Position numbers and translations under genes: made by a program. Shown piece by piece: positions 29,280 to 32,666 of a stretch of DNA of 32,666 bases; the stretch's first letter is position 1; each line of letters starts with the position of its first letter. The stretch covers positions 1-32,666 of the forward strand of contig URWJ01000001.1 of the NCBI GenBank assembly GCA_900551535.1, written 5' to 3'. The notes under the pieces were generated by a model. That model did not search any database. It had not been told where the DNA came from and saw only the letters and a list, made by a program, of their open reading frames with translations. This stretch comes from an uncultured Granulicatella sp. (GTDB lineage Bacteria; Bacillota; Bacilli; Lactobacillales; Aerococcaceae).

Positions 29280-29815
29280 AGTTTTCTCTCCTTTATAAGT
29301 TACTGCAAAAGCAGTGATTTTATTTAATGAACGTTTATACTTACCAATGGAGTTGTTTTTTTACAGCCAATAGCTGGAACTTGTGAATAGCGATAAGACG
29401 ATACAATGAAAACAAGAAAGAAAATTTAGTCATAAAAAATAAAGGTGACTAGCACCATTATTAAAATTATAGGCTAACCAAGAACAAGATGATCTGTTTT
29501 ACATCACCAAGTTACTCAGTTAAATGAAACCAAATAGAGTTCTGTTTCATTGTAAATGTAGGTAGTAACACTATTAAAAGAGTAGAATAACGACAAAGTT
29601 GTCAGTTTGTCGACTCTTTCTTCAATTCCGAACGATGGTTGTGGTAAAATCACAACATTGTATGATTATTTTAACATAATTTGCTTAGTAAGTATAGAAA
29701 GTAAATCGTATAATTTGAATCCAAGTATAAATGATTGTTATTTAATATAAATTAGAGCCAATAATAACAAAAAATGAACGAATAATGAAAAAAATGAATA
29801 AGATTCAGTAAAGTG

Positions 29816-29845
29816 CTGACTTTTTATTATTATTTATGGTATAGT
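29816..29845 (+). promoter_or_regulatory. Putative promoter of the efrAB-like operon
   Basis: CTGACT-18 bp-TATAGT with an extended TG. Confidence 0.45.
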
Positions 29846-29922
29846 CTATTTATCGAACTTTTTCGGCTTAGACCCAAGCTGAAAGAGTTCCTTATTATGT
29901 GTTATACAAAGGAGATGATTTG

Positions 29923-31653
29923 TTGAAATTAATGTGGAATTATACAAAAAAATATAAGAAGTTGGTCTTCTTAAATTTTATTTGTGTATTTGGTTTTATT
30001 TTGATTGAGTTAGGGTTACCAACTATTTTAGCTCAAATGATTGACAAGGGAATTGCACAAAATGATTTTGAAGTAGTAAAACGATATGGGGTACTCATGC
30101 TCGTGATTTGTTTAATTGGTTTAGTAGCGCTGATATTCTTAGCCTACTGCGGAAGTAAGATCACCACAGGAATTGTTCGAGATATCCGGGACGATCTTTT
30201 TGAAAAAACACAATCATTCTCACATAGAGAGTACGATCAATTTGGCGTTTCTTCATTAGTTACGAGAACGACAAATGACGCTTTTCAAGTGATGCAATTT
30301 ATGCAAATGATTCTAAGAATGGGAATGATGACCCCTTTAATGTTCATCTCAAGCTTTATTATGATTATTCGAACGAGTCCTTCTTTATCAGGCGTGGTAT
30401 TTATTGCCGTACCATTCTTATTGGTAGGAGTCCTAATTATTGGGAAGAAATCGGAACCTTTATCTGAAAAGCAACAAGCTAATTTAGATGCAATTAATTT
30501 AAATTTGCGAGAAAATTTAACGGGATTACGTGTTATCCGCGCTTTTGTTAATGAGAAGTTTCAAGAATCTAGATTTAGTAAAGTAAATGGAAATTATACA
30601 GCTGTGTCAAAAAAACTATTTAAGTTAATGGCATTCGCCCAACCAGGATTTTCACTAATTTTCAACTTATTATTTGCTTGTATTCTTTGGCTGGGAACGA
30701 TTCAAATTAGTCAGAATAATTTGCAAGTTGGACAACTAATTGCATTTATTGAATATATTTTTCATGCACTATTCTCATTTATGTTATTTGCAAATGTCTT
30801 TATGATGTATCCAAGAGCTGCCGTTTCTGCTAACCGGATTCAAGAGGTTTTAGATACAGAGGCAGTAATTACAGAAAACGAAGATGGTGTAACTGAAACA
30901 GAAACACATGGCTATTTAACTTTTGAAAATGTAACGTTTGCTTATCCTGGAAATACTGAAACGCCTGTCATCCGTGATGTCAGTTTTAGTTCGAAACCTG
31001 GTGAAACGATTGCCTTTATTGGAAGTACAGGTAGTGGGAAATCAACTCTTATCCAGTTAATTCCACGTTTCTATGATGTGACAAGAGGCCGGATTTTATT
31101 AGATGGTGTTGATGTTCGTGATTATAAATTAAGTGCATTACGCCAAAAAATTGGTTTTATTCCTCAAAAGGCGCTTTTATTTACAGGAACGATTGCTGAA
31201 AATATGCGTTATGGAAAGTGGAATGCAACAACTAAGGAATTGGAAGAAGCATCTGATATTGCTCAAGCAAAAGAGTTTATTTCTCTTAAACCGAAGCAGT
31301 TTGATGAGTTACTAGCAGAAGGTGGAAGCAACATGTCTGGTGGACAAAAACAACGTTTGTCAATTGCCAGAGCGATTGTTAAAAAACCTGATGTTTATAT
31401 TTTTGATGATAGTTTCTCAGCATTAGATTATCAAACAGATGCTAATTTACGTGCTCGTTTGCGAGATGAAACTTTAGATGCAACAGTCTTAATAGTTGCG
31501 CAACGTGTGGGTACAATTATGCATGCAGATAAAATATTAGTGTTAAATGAGGGTGAAGTAGTTGGTAGTGGTACCCATCAAGAATTGTTGAAGACTTGTG
31601 ATGTTTATTATGATATAGCTTCTTCCCAGTTATCGAAGGAGGAATTAGCATGA
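29923..31653 (+). CDS. efrA: Heterodimeric multidrug ABC exporter subunit A (EfrA-like, degenerate nucleotide-binding site)
   Basis: N-terminus (M)KLMW...FICVFGFILIELGLPTILA resembles Enterococcus EfrA as I recall it. Walker A GSTGSGKST; signature SGGQ; degenerate Walker B IFDDS; switch AQR. TTG 29923 follows the AAGGAG SD. Confidence 0.85.
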   Translation: MKLMWNYTKKYKKLVFLNFICVFGFILIELGLPTILAQMIDKGIAQNDFEVVKRYGVLMLVICLIGLVALIFLAYCGSKITTGIVRDIRDDLFEKTQSFSHREYDQFGVSSLVTRTTNDAFQVMQFMQMILRMGMMTPLMFISSFIMIIRTSPSLSGVVFIAVPFLLVGVLIIGKKSEPLSEKQQANLDAINLNLRENLTGLRVIRAFVNEKFQESRFSKVNGNYTAVSKKLFKLMAFAQPGFSLIFNLLFACILWLGTIQISQNNLQVGQLIAFIEYIFHALFSFMLFANVFMMYPRAAVSANRIQEVLDTEAVITENEDGVTETETHGYLTFENVTFAYPGNTETPVIRDVSFSSKPGETIAFIGSTGSGKSTLIQLIPRFYDVTRGRILLDGVDVRDYKLSALRQKIGFIPQKALLFTGTIAENMRYGKWNATTKELEEASDIAQAKEFISLKPKQFDELLAEGGSNMSGGQKQRLSIARAIVKKPDVYIFDDSFSALDYQTDANLRARLRDETLDATVLIVAQRVGTIMHADKILVLNEGEVVGSGTHQELLKTCDVYYDIASSQLSKEELA

Positions 31654-32666
31654 GAAATTCACTTGGATCGATTAAACGGATAGGTTCATATATTAAACCT
31701 TATAAAATTGGTTTTATTGTAGCGCTACTTTTAACGGTTATCTGTATGTTTGCCAATGCTCTTCAACCATTTATTATGGGCCTTATTTTGACAGAGGTGG
31801 GCCATAATGTTGCGGATATTGCCAATGGTGTTGCAGGAGCAGCGATTAATTTTCCATATGTAATAGAAATTATTATATATATGTTGATTATTGCATTGGT
31901 TTATCAAATTACAATGTACGCATCTGCTTGGTTAATGACAAATGTGGTGCAAAATACAATGCGTGATTTAAGAGCAGACATAGATAATAAAATTAATCGT
32001 CTGCCAGTTTCATATTTTGACAAAAATCAACAAGGGAATATCTTAAGTCGAGTAACAAATGATGTTGATGCTATCAGTAATGCGATGCAACAAAGCTTGA
32101 TTCAAATTGTTAATTCTGTTTTGGGAATTGTATTTGCTGTTGGTATGATGTTAGTTCTTTCAATACCATTGGCTCTAATTTTAATTGTTACCATTCCTGT
32201 ATCTATTTTGATTTCTAAATTTGTCGTAAATAAATCGCAACCTTATTTTAAAGGACAACAAAAATCTTTAGGTGAACTGAATGGATATGTTCAAGAGAGT
32301 TTTAGTGGATTTTCTGTAATCAAATTATATGGAAAAGAAGCTGATACATTGAAAGAATTTAAAGAAATCAATCATCGTTTAGCTAGTTTTGGCTTTAAAG
32401 CAGCATTTATTTCTGGTATTATGATGCCTTTAGTTGGGTTAGTTTCCAATCTTGGCTATATTGGAGTAGCTGTTTTTGGTGGATATGCAGTTATTCAAGG
32501 AACTCTAACTTTAGGTAATTTGCAAGCTTTCACCCAGTATGTTTGGCAAATAAACCAACCAATTTCACAAATTACTCAACTTTCTGGGGTTTTACAAAGT
32601 GCAGCAGCTGCAACAGGTCGAGTATTTGAAATTTTAGATGAGCCTGAAGAGAAACCAGATCAAGTC
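31650..32666 (+). CDS. efrB: Heterodimeric multidrug ABC exporter subunit B (EfrB-like), truncated at window end
   Basis: ATGA overlap with the efrA stop; AAGGAGG SD; open frame MRNSLGSIKR...LPVSYFD...GNILSRVTNDVD...RVFEILDEPEE to the window edge. Not listed in the ORF track. Confidence 0.85.
   Translation, partial: MRNSLGSIKRIGSYIKPYKIGFIVALLLTVICMFANALQPFIMGLILTEVGHNVADIANGVAGAAINFPYVIEIIIYMLIIALVYQITMYASAWLMTNVVQNTMRDLRADIDNKINRLPVSYFDKNQQGNILSRVTNDVDAISNAMQQSLIQIVNSVLGIVFAVGMMLVLSIPLALILIVTIPVSILISKFVVNKSQPYFKGQQKSLGELNGYVQESFSGFSVIKLYGKEADTLKEFKEINHRLASFGFKAAFISGIMMPLVGLVSNLGYIGVAVFGGYAVIQGTLTLGNLQAFTQYVWQINQPISQITQLSGVLQSAAAATGRVFEILDEPEEKPDQV

Noticed and set aside
29923..31653. Non-canonical Walker B (DD) and switch (Q) in EfrA as a sign of pseudogenisation
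   Set aside because: This is the normal degenerate site of heterodimeric ABC exporters.

Overview
Core chromosomal region of a low-GC Lactobacillales organism, most like the Carnobacteriaceae (Granulicatella/Carnobacterium-type; this is inference from gene order and protein style, not a search result). Gene order: 'rodZ-pgsA-cinA-recA | ytgP/murJ-rsuA-like-pepV | AT-rich orphan ABC exporter | ezrA | ccdA-tlpA-msrAB plus a YesN/YesM two-component system | T-box(Ala)-alaS | ireB-ruvX-DUF1292 | mltG-udk-greA | liaFSR | ktr | HesB-like | rnjA-rpoY (minus strand) | efrA-efrB'. I see no transposase, integrase, phage gene, tRNA, rRNA or CRISPR array. No wholly new multi-gene system is demonstrable here. 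The best leads are: (1) a methionine-rich, tandem-repeat linker on the TlpA lipoprotein encoded directly upstream of MsrAB, a candidate recyclable oxidant sink; (2) an internal SD plus ATG in msrAB that could yield a cytoplasmic isoform; (3) an abrupt composition and codon-usage change inside the 5' end of udk (~21.9 kb), suggesting two different genomes joined at a conserved motif; (4) an unannotated multi-hairpin RNA-like element between greA and liaF; (5) a Shine-Dalgarno sequence separated from its start codon by a hairpin.
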